From the NCBI GenBank assembly GCA_024275295.1, contig JAJRZI010000075.1, positions 10,903-74,902 of the forward strand: a DNA stretch of 64,000 bases. Reading direction: 5' to 3'. Position numbers and translations under genes: made by a program. Numbering within the stretch: the first letter of the stretch is position 1; every line of letters starts with the position of its first letter. This DNA comes from Gammaproteobacteria bacterium (GTDB lineage: Bacteria; Pseudomonadota; Gammaproteobacteria; Chromatiales; Chromatiaceae). Of this stretch, positions 28,977-38,733 are shown one piece after another. Under the pieces are notes generated by a model. It ran no database searches. It was not told the DNA's origin and worked only from the letters and a program-made list of their open reading frames with translations.

Positions 28977-29009
28977 GGCGCAGAGTAGTGATACTCTGCG
29001 CCTTTTCTT
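28977..29009 (+). terminator. rho-independent terminator
   Basis: GGCGCAGAGTA-GTGA-TACTCTGCGCC (11-bp arms) followed by TTTTCTT. Confidence 0.8.
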
Positions 29010-29127
29010 ATTGTGCCTATTGGTTAACCGGAGAAGCCAGACGTCAACATAGGATAAAACGTACAGGGTAGATCTGTTTTTGAGGGTACTTTCTAATTAC
29101 CTCTCAATAATCATGAGAATTACCAAC

Positions 29128-29688
29128 ATGGATGTTACCCGTCTTTATAAAGGCCATTATCACTCTGGCTTTTCCCTTATTGAACTGCTGACGACGCTTG
29201 TTGTTTCTATTACAGTTATGGCGGCCGGTATCCCTGCCACGCAGAAATTTATGGCCAATCAGAAGATGATAACTTCTGTAAATGCTGTAGCTTCGTATCT
29301 TCATTTGGCGCGTAGTGAAGCCATAAAACGTGGGCTTCGTGCTGTACTCTGTCCGAGCTTGGATGGAGAGGGTTGCCTCGATAGTGTTGAGTGGCAGCGT
29401 GGATTTATTGTGTTTGCGGATAAAAACAAAAATAAAAAACGAGACGCTGGCGAAGAGCTGTTGAGGCGATTTCAGCCTAACAGAAAAGAACCGCAGATCC
29501 GTATTACTACAACTGAAGGTCGGCGATGGGTCAGATACCAATCTACTGGTGAGGCGCCAGGTAGTAATCTGACGATAACCTTTTGTGATGGCAATGATTT
29601 TGTAGACCCAAAGGCAATAATAATCTCCAATACAGGTCGTCCTCGGATATCCACTACAAAACCCAATGGAGGGCCTTTGGATTGTTAA
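29128..29688 (+). CDS. GspH/FimT-family minor pseudopilin (orphan)
   Basis: Prepilin N-methylation motif GFSLIELLTTLVV. GspH/FimT-like body. The start could be ATG 29113 or 29128. Confidence 0.7.
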   Translation: MDVTRLYKGHYHSGFSLIELLTTLVVSITVMAAGIPATQKFMANQKMITSVNAVASYLHLARSEAIKRGLRAVLCPSLDGEGCLDSVEWQRGFIVFADKNKNKKRDAGEELLRRFQPNRKEPQIRITTTEGRRWVRYQSTGEAPGSNLTITFCDGNDFVDPKAIIISNTGRPRISTTKPNGGPLDC

Positions 29689-29735
29689 GGTGCTTCATGC
29701 GCTTCCCTGCTAATATTTAGTTGGAGGTGGTGAGA

Positions 29736-30179
29736 ATGAAAACATATACCAATATTTTAGTGGCCCTGGATTTTTCCCCCACAGCTGAGAAAGTGATTGT
29801 TCGAGCCAAGGCGTTGGCCAAACAATGGCAGGCCAAATTAACGCTTATTCACGTATTTGAATATATTCCACCGATAGAGCCTGTCGGTGATATGTTGTTG
29901 GGTATAGATTGGGGGATCAATGAACAGGAGCTTACCGATCTTGCAACAGAGCGATTTGCACAGCTTGCTGAGAAGCAGGGGATGGCTGATTGTGACCGGC
30001 ATCTCATTGTGGGAAATGCCAGAATAGAGATAGCCCGCTATGCCCAGGATCAGGGATGTGATCTCATTATTATTGGCTCACACGGGCGATCCGGTTTGGC
30101 CCGGTTGCTTGGGTCAACGGCTAATGCCGTGCTGCACCATGCTCATTGTGATGTGCTGGCTGTTAGAGCAGATGAGTAG
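29736..30179 (+). CDS. universal stress protein (UspA family)
   Basis: ILVALDFS ... IIGSHGRSGLARLLGSTANAVLHHAHCDVLAV. ATG 29736 is preceded by GGAGGTGG. Confidence 0.85.
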   Translation: MKTYTNILVALDFSPTAEKVIVRAKALAKQWQAKLTLIHVFEYIPPIEPVGDMLLGIDWGINEQELTDLATERFAQLAEKQGMADCDRHLIVGNARIEIARYAQDQGCDLIIIGSHGRSGLARLLGSTANAVLHHAHCDVLAVRADE

Positions 30180-30216
30180 GATCTCGTGCGTGCATAAACC
30201 TGGGTGATCCGTCGTT

Positions 30217-31068
30217 ATGAGTGATCTCCATCAGCAGCTGGTTCAGATGGTGGACAGGATGCCCGCCTTTTCGGGTAGTGTTAATAAAATCCTCCAGATG
30301 ACCTCTGATATTGATTGTGCCCCCAAGGATCTTGTTCAAGTGATTGAGCATGATCCGGTGATGATGGCGAAGATACTCAAGTTGGTAAATTCAGCCTATT
30401 TTGGGTTATCGCGTGAAATCACATCCATTAAGCATGGTGTCGTATTTGTTGGTCTCAACACCATTAAAAATCTTGCGATAAGTATTGCCACCATGGGGAT
30501 GCTCCCAAAGGCAGGGCCAGCAGGTCTTGATATGAATAGCTTTTTATTGCATTCGCTAGGCACGGCCTCTATCGCAAAACTACTTGGAAAACGATTGGGT
30601 GTGATGCCAGACAAAACCACAGATTACTTTGTGGGTGGCTTGTTGCATGATATTGGGAAGGTGGTGTTTGCTCAATTTATGCCGCAAGAGATGGAGAGGG
30701 CTTTAAAGAGGGTTGAGGTTGAAGAGGTCTCCCTCTCTATAGCGGAGATGATTGAAATTGGTGCAGATCATGCGCAATTAGGCGGGATGCTGGCAGAGAA
30801 ATGGCAACTGCCGCATACCCTGGTCACCTGCATCAAAGAGCATCATAGCCTGGAGCCGAACGGTGGCCCAAATAAAGTACTGGATTGTGTGGTAGCGGCT
30901 AATATTATTGTAAAGCAGGTTGGATTTGGCTGTGCCGGAAATTTGATTGAAGATAGATTGCCCGATCATGTCTCGGCGCGATTTGGTATGGAGCTTGCTG
31001 AACTTCAAGAATCTATCGGAAATCTTGATGAAGAACTGGAAAAAGCAAATGCATTTATACGCATATAA
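30217..31068 (+). CDS. HDOD domain signalling protein
   Basis: 283 aa. PAFSGSVNKILQM..D....L..VIEHDPVMMAKILKLVNSAYFGL and GGLLHDIGKVVF are typical of HDOD. Confidence 0.8.
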   Translation: MSDLHQQLVQMVDRMPAFSGSVNKILQMTSDIDCAPKDLVQVIEHDPVMMAKILKLVNSAYFGLSREITSIKHGVVFVGLNTIKNLAISIATMGMLPKAGPAGLDMNSFLLHSLGTASIAKLLGKRLGVMPDKTTDYFVGGLLHDIGKVVFAQFMPQEMERALKRVEVEEVSLSIAEMIEIGADHAQLGGMLAEKWQLPHTLVTCIKEHHSLEPNGGPNKVLDCVVAANIIVKQVGFGCAGNLIEDRLPDHVSARFGMELAELQESIGNLDEELEKANAFIRI

Positions 31069-31095
31069 ACTAATGCTCCGCCAAGGTGATTATCC

Positions 31096-31983
31096 ATGCT
31101 GAAGTTTACGTTCCGGGGTGTGCGCGGCTCCATAGCATCGCCTGGGCCTAAAACGGTCAAGTATGGTGGCAATACGACCTGCATTGAAGTGCGTACGGAT
31201 AGCGAGCTGATTATACTGGATGCGGGTACAGGTATTTTTCCACTCTCTCAAACACTCTTCCCTGAATTTCCATTGACCTGCCATATATTCATTAGCCATA
31301 CACACTGGGATCATATACAGGGCCTGCCCTTTTTTATCCCGATGTTTGTGGCGGGCAACAGGGTGAAGATATATGGCGGACAAGATCCAGTGACAGGTAA
31401 TGGTGTGCAGGAGGCACTCTCCCGGCAACTGGAGTATGCATTCTTCCCCATCCGGGAAGCAGAGTTGAGTGCCGAGCTGGAGTATATATCGCTATCAGAG
31501 AATCAGGTGGTGAATATAGGTGATGCTCAGATTACCAATGTTCTAATGAATCATCCTGCGATTGATTATGGTTATAAAGTCAGTTGTGGTGATAAGTCGC
31601 TGTTTTTTACAGGGGATCATGAGTGGCCCTACAACATCTATGAGCCAGGTGATGATGATTACCAACTTTTTAAAGAGCATATCGCACAGAAACGCAAAAG
31701 CATAATTGATATGGTTGCCGAGGTTGATGTACTGATTGTAGATACAGCCTATACAGATGATGAGTACCCGGCAAAAAAAGGGTGGGGCCATGGCTCATTT
31801 TTATCCTCTATTGCTATGGCGCGGGATGCTGGAGTGAAACACTGTTTTTTTACCCACCATGAACCCACGCGTAGTGATGAAGAGCTGGAGAAGGTTTTTC
31901 AGGCGGCGCTGGAGAAACACCCCAGTCAACCTGGTGATCAAGAGTTCTATCTGGCTCAGGAGGGGTTTACATTTGAGCTATAA
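31096..31983 (+). CDS. MBL-fold metallo-hydrolase
   Basis: 295 aa. ISHTHWDHIQG (HxHxDH) and downstream His/Asp ligands. Confidence 0.8.
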   Translation: MLKFTFRGVRGSIASPGPKTVKYGGNTTCIEVRTDSELIILDAGTGIFPLSQTLFPEFPLTCHIFISHTHWDHIQGLPFFIPMFVAGNRVKIYGGQDPVTGNGVQEALSRQLEYAFFPIREAELSAELEYISLSENQVVNIGDAQITNVLMNHPAIDYGYKVSCGDKSLFFTGDHEWPYNIYEPGDDDYQLFKEHIAQKRKSIIDMVAEVDVLIVDTAYTDDEYPAKKGWGHGSFLSSIAMARDAGVKHCFFTHHEPTRSDEELEKVFQAALEKHPSQPGDQEFYLAQEGFTFEL

Positions 31984-31995
31984 AACGGTGTTTTA

Positions 31996-33669
31996 TTAGT
32001 CGTTATTTTGAGATGGGTTTTGAGGGATGGTTGCCTTGCTCATGCGTCTGGCAAAGTAGTAGATACGCTTTAGTTTTTCGATAGTGTCCATCTCTATGGT
32101 ATAGGCCTGGAGTCGCTTTGGCTCTTCTGCAATCAGGCGTTTTGCCTCATAGAGTGCAGCTGCATCAGCCAGCCGGTTAATGGTTGCTTTCATGGCGATG
32201 ACCTGCTGTGCGGCATCCGGGTCTCCCTCTGTCACTGCCTGGATGGCCAGATCCATTGCCGCAGATACTTTTTCATGCAGGTTAATCAGTACCTCTTGGG
32301 TCTTTTTGCTGATGATGACATCTTCATCAAGCCGTTTGTGACCCAGTTCCACCAGGTCGCTCTCAATGATATCACCGATGTTTTCCAGATTGTTGGCTGC
32401 CCCCATGAAGGTGGTGAACTCCTGGGTTTGGGCGTCAGTTAATGACTGTTTGCTGATCTGTCCCAGATAGGTGATGACCTGTCCGTGGGTGATGTCGATG
32501 GTATCGTCCATTGCGGCAATCTGGCTGAGTGAGCTGCGGGTGCCGGTGAAGATGGCAGGCATGATCTGCACCAGCATCTCCTGTGCCTGCTGCCCCATTT
32601 GTCCAATCTCAAGACGGGTACGATCCAGTGCCAGTGAGGGGGTGCCGATGAGTTCTTTATCCAGGAATCTGGGTGTTGTGAGCATACTTTCATCTAAGGG
32701 TTTGTCTGGGATCAGCCACTCCACCAGGCGGGCAAACTGACTGGTAAAGCCAATAAAAATCAGGGTGTTGGCAATATTAAACAGGGTGTGGGCATTGGCG
32801 ATCTGGCGAGGTGTTTCGGCAGCCAGTTTGGCTGTGCCGGTTAGCATCTCATAACGGGGAGAGAACCAGGTGACAAACTGTGCCAGTTGGTCAATAAACC
32901 CAACCCATAACAGTACCCCGATGATATTGAAGAGGATGTGTACCATGGCGGCCCGAACGGCCTCACGAGGCTTGCCGATGGAGGCCAGGATGGCGGTAAT
33001 ACAGGTGCCAATATTGGCGCCAAAGGCCAATGCAATGCCGGTGGGTAGGGTTATGAAGCCTTGGCTGGCCATGATAATGATGATGCCTGTGGTGGCTGAT
33101 GAGGATTGAATCAGGCCGGTGAAGGCGGCTGCAATCAGGATGCTGATCAGTGGGTTGCCCATCTGCATCATGAGATGAAGGAAGGGTGGGTAATCATGCA
33201 GGGGCTGCATGGCATTGCTCATGATTGTCATGCCAAAAAAAACCATGCCCAGCCCCATTAATATGCCGCCATAGAGTTTGATCTTCTCCTGCTTTATGAA
33301 AAACAGCATGCCAAAGCCCAGGGCGATCATCAGCATGGAGGCTTCGGTAATCTTGAAGGCGATGATTTGGGCGGTGATGGTGGTGCCGATATTGGCACCC
33401 ATGATGATGCAGACAGATTGCGCCAAAGACATTAGTCCTGCGCTGATAAAACCAACGACCAGTACTGTAGTGACTGAAGATGACTGGATGATTGCGGTAA
33501 TAAAGGCACCCGTGATGGCGCCCATAAAACGGTTAGCGGTGAGGCGGGCCAGAATGTTTTTCATTCTTTTTCCAGCAACCGCTTTTAAGGCGTCGGCCAT
33601 CTGCTCCATGCCGAATAGGAAGAGCGCCAGCCCTCCCAGTAGCTGGATGCTCATGCTGCTCCAGGACAT
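31996..33669 (-). CDS. Na/Pi cotransporter family protein with PhoU-like C-terminal domain
   Basis: ORF 31996..33732. Likely start at Met22 (MSWSSMSIQLLGGLALFLFGM). QSSSVTT / QSSSATT repeats of the NptA family. Confidence 0.85.
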   Translation of the reverse strand: MSWSSMSIQLLGGLALFLFGMEQMADALKAVAGKRMKNILARLTANRFMGAITGAFITAIIQSSSVTTVLVVGFISAGLMSLAQSVCIIMGANIGTTITAQIIAFKITEASMLMIALGFGMLFFIKQEKIKLYGGILMGLGMVFFGMTIMSNAMQPLHDYPPFLHLMMQMGNPLISILIAAAFTGLIQSSSATTGIIIIMASQGFITLPTGIALAFGANIGTCITAILASIGKPREAVRAAMVHILFNIIGVLLWVGFIDQLAQFVTWFSPRYEMLTGTAKLAAETPRQIANAHTLFNIANTLIFIGFTSQFARLVEWLIPDKPLDESMLTTPRFLDKELIGTPSLALDRTRLEIGQMGQQAQEMLVQIMPAIFTGTRSSLSQIAAMDDTIDITHGQVITYLGQISKQSLTDAQTQEFTTFMGAANNLENIGDIIESDLVELGHKRLDEDVIISKKTQEVLINLHEKVSAAMDLAIQAVTEGDPDAAQQVIAMKATINRLADAAALYEAKRLIAEEPKRLQAYTIEMDTIEKLKRIYYFARRMSKATIPQNPSQNND

Positions 33670-33673
33670 AGGG

Positions 33674-34150
33674 TTACTCTTCGCTCTCTTTTTTCTTGAT
33701 GATGGTGACTGGGGAGGGGCAGAGTCGAACAACCTGTTCTGCTTTGGAGCCTAGTAACAGGTGGGCCAGCCCAGTTCTTCCCTTGCTTCCCATGATGACC
33801 ATCTGTGGGTCGCTCTGTTCTGCCACCTCCAGGATGCGGGTTACGGGTAACCCGGTAATGAGTTTGGTTTGGGCCTGTGGGATATTGTCCAGCTCTGGGT
33901 GTGCCTTGGCTATTCGGTTGATAAACTCAGTCATCATCTCGGCTGCAACATCTGCAATTCTCTGGGGATGTTTGGGGTCTTTTTGGGAGTAATAACCGGG
34001 TGATTCACCAGGATCGTGTATGACGTGGAGTATGACCAGAGGGGCATTAAGGCGTGTTGCCAGTTCTGCGGCAAACAGTAGTGCCTCTTCTGAATGGGCA
34101 GAGAAATCTACAGGCACCAGGATAGTGGAGGTTGCAGCATTATGGGCCAT
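33674..34150 (-). CDS. universal stress protein (UspA family)
   Basis: 158 aa. ILVPVDFS ... IMGSKGRTGLAHLLLGSKAEQVV. Confidence 0.85.
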   Translation of the reverse strand: MAHNAATSTILVPVDFSAHSEEALLFAAELATRLNAPLVILHVIHDPGESPGYYSQKDPKHPQRIADVAAEMMTEFINRIAKAHPELDNIPQAQTKLITGLPVTRILEVAEQSDPQMVIMGSKGRTGLAHLLLGSKAEQVVRLCPSPVTIIKKKESEE

Positions 34151-34229
34151 TGTCTTTTCCTGTGGTTACCTGAAAAAGTATAGCACCCTGGAATTATCTC
34201 TCCTTGCCCTTCTGATGTGGTGTGGTGAA

Positions 34230-34688
34230 TTAGCGTGGTGCCCAAAAACGGTTGAGATAGAACAGGTCATCATAATTAATCATTTCAATCTTCATGACCT
34301 CTGGATATCGGTGCTGGCCGGTTTCATAAATGACAAAGTAGTAGCGCAGGTGTTTGAATTCGTTTATGAGATCCTGATAGTAATAGACGGCGTCAATCTT
34401 TGCTTTTGGGTTGTTGAATATATAGAGCCGGGCAATCTTTTCACTGGAGTAGTTGCTATGTTTTCCAATATCTTCATCACCGCCATCAGTTGCCAGTGCC
34501 CTTGCTTCAGCTTCATTGCCCTTGAGAATAAAATCCATGAAGCGCTGAATGATGGCAATATCTCGCTCTTTGGCGGCTTTGGGTATGCGGGTGACAACAC
34601 GTTGACTGTTTTGGGTGGCGGCATGGGTCTCTGCAGTGACAAAAAACAGGGCTAAGGTGATGGTTAATATAATTGTTATCGTTTTCAT
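34230..34688 (-). CDS. hypothetical periplasmic protein
   Basis: Signal peptide from ATG 34688 (MKTITIILTITLALFFVTAETHA). No family recognised. Last gene of minus-strand cytochrome set 1. Confidence 0.5.
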   Translation of the reverse strand: MKTITIILTITLALFFVTAETHAATQNSQRVVTRIPKAAKERDIAIIQRFMDFILKGNEAEARALATDGGDEDIGKHSNYSSEKIARLYIFNNPKAKIDAVYYYQDLINEFKHLRYYFVIYETGQHRYPEVMKIEMINYDDLFYLNRFWAPR

Positions 34689-34741
34689 GGCTATTCCTTT
34701 GTTTGCCAGCATATTGTGTACGGTTGTAAGTGCTGATTTTT

Positions 34742-37700
34742 CTAGGGTTGTCCGATGAGTCCAGGCGGCCTGGATCTCCTTGAACCTCCGCCTTTCCTTG
34801 AACTGGGCGAATGGAAGTATTTGAATTTTTGCAGGCTATCCAATCCATGACAGTTGCGGCAGATGTTTTTTGAGCTTTTAAAGCGTAAAAAACTGGTTCT
34901 ATTGGTGCCTTCAGTGGGTTTGCCCGGCCCTTTTTTGTCGATACCGGGTGCCCAGATGTGTGGCTCATGACAGGTTGCACAGGTGATCACGCCTGCCTGC
35001 ACTTCGTTACCCTCTTTATCGTAGATAGGCGCATAGCTTTCGTTACCGATACGGTGTGCCTCTGTAACCAATACCTTTCTGGGGTGGATAAATCGAGTGA
35101 CAACCTTCTTGCTGCCGACCCCGTTTTTTGCGTGACAGCCCAGGCACAGGCGCTCCTGTTTTAGCTCACTGCCGCTGCCTGGGGTACGTCCCCAGAGTTG
35201 GTAGCCATCTTTTTGTGCGTTGTGAGGCAGGTGACAGGCGCTACAGATGCCGCTCTGAGCAACGGACTGTTTGAGCCTGTTTTTGCTTTCAGGTGCCACG
35301 ATGGACATGTCATGATCGGTGCCCTGGATGAAGGCTTTTTTGGCGTGGCAGGTGGTGCAGAGCTGTGAATTGGGCAGGTTTGATTTTCTTAAGAAGCTGT
35401 TGCCGCCATCACCTTCCAGATTTTTTCTGGCTGACCCCGGGCCTGCCTGTTCAGGGTCCCAAACGTGGACGTTATGGCAGGTTGGGCAGGTGATGTCGCC
35501 GTCGGGCGTGCGGAATCCATCCCGCGTAAACAGTGGGAATTCGGTTCTGACCTTGGCTTCGCTGTCATAGATATAGAAGGACGCTGTCTCGCCCTGGAGG
35601 GATGCTTTTGCCTCATTCACCCGTTTGTTCATCGGGTGATTGGGGCCTCGCAGGCTCTTTTTTGAGGCCGATTTTCTGCGCCAGTGACAACCGCTGCAAC
35701 GCGCCTCGTTGCGGTTCTCTCCAAGACCCACGCTACGGCTCCACAGGCCATTGCCCCAGGCGTTGTGTACCACATGGCAGGCGCTGCAGACACCTGCTTC
35801 GGCTACCGTCTGTTGCTCCATATTGCGTTCATTGGGTGCGGTAATGCTCAGGTCGTGATCTGTGCCAACAACGTAGCTGTTCTGTTTGTGGCAGGCGGCG
35901 CAGAGTTTGGCTGAGTCATCATTCGGGATGCGCAGAAAGCTGGTCATGCGATCACCCTCCACCTTCATGCTTCCTGGCCCCTTGGGGGTTGCCGGATCCC
36001 ATTGGTGAAGATTGTGACAGGTGGCGCAACTGATGAAACCGTCGGGACTTTTGCTGCCATCCTTGGCGAAGAGTGGCAGTATCTCTTTTGCGGCGGGATC
36101 TATCTTGTCAACGTACAGTTGCAGTGGATGGCTCTCTTTACCCGTGGTTTTATCCTCGGCCAGCCCCCCTTTTTTGTGGCAGTCATTGCAGGCGCGCTCA
36201 ATGATTTCGAGTCCGGCCCCCGTATGTCTAGCCCACAGTTTGTCCCTGTTGGCATTATGCGGTGTGTGGCAGGCACCGCAGACGCCGCTCTACTTGAGGC
36301 TTTGGTCTTTGATGTTTTTCTCGTCCGGTGCGGCCAGTCTCAGGTCATGCTTGGTGCCGGCAATGGCGGCCTGGGCTTTGTGGCAGCTTTGGCAAAGCTT
36401 CCATGTGGTGACAGATTTGCGTAGAAAACTGTTGTTTCCATTGCCGGGAACCTCAGGATGCCCCGGGTTGTTGGAGTCCGGACTCCAGCGGTGGACATCA
36501 TGACAGGTGGGGCATCTGACCTTGCCATTGGCGGATCGTTTACCCGCTTCGGTAAAGAGTGGGAGTGATTCGGGTGCATTTTCCAGTGTGCTGCCAACCG
36601 GGTGTGTCTTGTCGCCAATCAGCGCCTCTTTGGCGATGCCGTCCTTGTTGTGGCAGTTGCTGCACATCTCATCAATAGAGCCGTTGATGGGGTCTCTGGC
36701 CCACATCTTTGGTCCCTGTCCTTTGTGCATGAAGTGGCAGGCGTTGCATGCTCCCTTGTCGATGGTTTTAACTCCGGCGGAGTTTTCATCCTCAGGGAAC
36801 AGCTCGCTGATATCGTGCCGGGTGTAATAGATCGACTCCTTTGAGGTGTGGCAGGTCAGGCAGAGCGGGTCTCCTCCTGCAAACTGCACCAGCAGATGGT
36901 TGTCATCGGTACCATTGTGGGGGGAGTGACAGGTGCGGCAGTTGATGTATTTGCCCTGTCCCAGGTAGGGCTTCTCGCCGTTGTCCCACTTTTCAGGTAG
37001 ATCGGCATCTTTGGGCAGCTCCACATCGATCGGATGAGTGTAGCGCCGCAGTGCCTTGTTGCTGCTCAGGTCGGGTGAGAGGCCATGGCATGCTTCACAT
37101 AACATGGATTGGGAGAGGGATGCCTCACTGTTGGGTATGATGAGGAAATCATCATTGGTGCTGCCGTGGGGAGTATGGCAGGATTCGCAGATAACGGTGC
37201 TGTTTTTGCCAGGTTTTCCACCGGCCTGAATCACCTGATCTGGAAATTCCTTAAACTCAATATTGATGGGGTGGTTGCCTTTTTTGGGGCCGGTCTCCTT
37301 GCCTTTATGGCATCTCTGACAGATGGATGAGTCGATGTTGGGTTCGCGCAGGAATATGGCGGATGCCATGGTGATACGGGTATCTACACCATGTGCAGAG
37401 TGACAGGTGACGCACTGCATCCTGCCTTCGGGATCCAATGGGTACTCTTCAGGGATCGTGACCTTTTCCGAGGGTACGACTCCCGCCTTGTGCCGGTTGG
37501 TCTCCCAGACCCGGAAGCGGGAGTCGGAGATGGAGCCATCGTGGCAGCTGTAGCACATCATCTCTTTTGAGACGGCGCGTTCCTCCGGGATCTCCAGCAG
37601 GTAGCGCTGCCCCTTATCCTCAAGAAAATCCTCCATCCATCGGAAGTGACACATGGCGCACTCTTTGGATGAGTTTTGCCCACCTTCCGGTGCTGCCCAG

Positions 37701-37765
37701 GATATTGTGGGTGCTAAAATGAGAGCCAGTAGCGGAAAAAGCCAGATCAGTCGCAGCTGTTTCAT
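34742..37765 (-). pseudogene. 24-haem c-type cytochrome (about 1006 aa), one frame interrupted by an in-frame TAG at 36290-36292 (pseudogene, read-through or sequence error)
   Basis: ORFs 36290..37765 (12 CxxCH, signal peptide) and 34742..35968 (9 CxxCH) are in the same frame. I translated 35969-36289 codon by codon and found no other stop and three more CxxCH (CGACH, CNDCH, CATCH). Paralogue of 57658..60729. Confidence 0.75.
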
Positions 37766-38733
37766 GATGCGATGCGGTAGACGCTGATGCGGTTGGCGAA
37801 CATCTCTACCACGTAGAAGAGGCCGTTGTTATCAAAATAGAGCCGGGTCGGGGTGGTGAAGCGTTTGACCTTGCCCTGGCCATCACTGAGTACGGCCTGG
37901 AATTTGCCTGTTTTGTCGAACATCTGGATCACGCCCAGATAGGAGTCGGCAATAAAGACCTGCCCTTTGGCGTTGACGGCTACCCCTTTGGGGCGGAACA
38001 GCTCACCCTTTTCAACCCCCCAGCCGCCAATATCGTAGCCAAAGTTGAATCCCTCTTCGGGCAGAATGGTACGTATGCGGGTGTTGATGACATCGACAAT
38101 ATAGAGGGTGCCTGCAGAGTCGATATAGAGGGAGAAGGGCCAGCGGAAGCCATCCTGTTTATGGCTCATGCCGCCGATCGTGCGGATGAACTTTTGCTCT
38201 TTCAGGCTATAGACCAGTACCTGGTGATTCTCATTATCGACCACATAGAGCAGTTGACGTTGGTTGTCGATGGCCACATCGGTGGGGTCGGGGCGCTTCT
38301 GTTTCTTGCTCTGAGGGAGTTTGATCTGATCAAGATGTTTGCCATCAGGGCTGTAGATCTGCACGCGGGCATTGCCTGAGTCGGCGATGTAGACATTATC
38401 TTTGGCATCGAGGGTCATGCCCAGAGGGTAGCTAAGCTCATCGTCTGCGCTGCCACCCCTGCCAAAACTGCCCTGAAATTTGCCTTCATAGCTGTAGATA
38501 ACAACCCGGTTTGAGACGCCATCCAATACCAGGATGCGGTTGTCCGAGGTCATCCGCACATTGCTGGGATGGCGCAGGCCGAGCTTGTCGCCACCTTCGA
38601 TGACTCTGACGGGTTCAACAGGCAGCAGATCGCCGCGGGGGGCGGCGCTGAGCTGTTGGGTAATGAGTAGCAGGCAGGCAGCGGTGAGCAGGGCTGTGGC
38701 CCTCACGGTGTTGAGCAGGGTGAGATTACTCAT
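37762..38733 (-). CDS. NHL-repeat six-bladed beta-propeller protein (periplasmic)
   Basis: ORF 37762..38784. ATG 38733 gives a signal peptide (MSNLTLLNTVRATALLTAACLLL) and an ATGA overlap with the octahaem gene. Repeats such as YIADSGNARVQIYSPDGK and YVVDNENHQVLVYS. ATGA overlap with the 24-haem gene at 37762-37765. Confidence 0.85.
   Translation of the reverse strand: MSNLTLLNTVRATALLTAACLLLITQQLSAAPRGDLLPVEPVRVIEGGDKLGLRHPSNVRMTSDNRILVLDGVSNRVVIYSYEGKFQGSFGRGGSADDELSYPLGMTLDAKDNVYIADSGNARVQIYSPDGKHLDQIKLPQSKKQKRPDPTDVAIDNQRQLLYVVDNENHQVLVYSLKEQKFIRTIGGMSHKQDGFRWPFSLYIDSAGTLYIVDVINTRIRTILPEEGFNFGYDIGGWGVEKGELFRPKGVAVNAKGQVFIADSYLGVIQMFDKTGKFQAVLSDGQGKVKRFTTPTRLYFDNNGLFYVVEMFANRISVYRIAS

Noticed and set aside
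36290-36292. Pyrrolysine decoding or genetic-code reassignment as the explanation for the in-frame TAG (and the other stops).
   Set aside because: All three stop codons also terminate the many intact genes in this window. No pyl genes were seen. Three different stop codons are involved, so a reassigned code is not tenable.
36002-36503. Plus-strand ORFs (36002-36424, 36021-36503, 36507-36827 and others) and minus-strand ORFs (58336-58986 and others) inside the 24-haem genes.
   Set aside because: They are antisense to frames with regularly spaced CxxCH motifs and have no motifs of their own.
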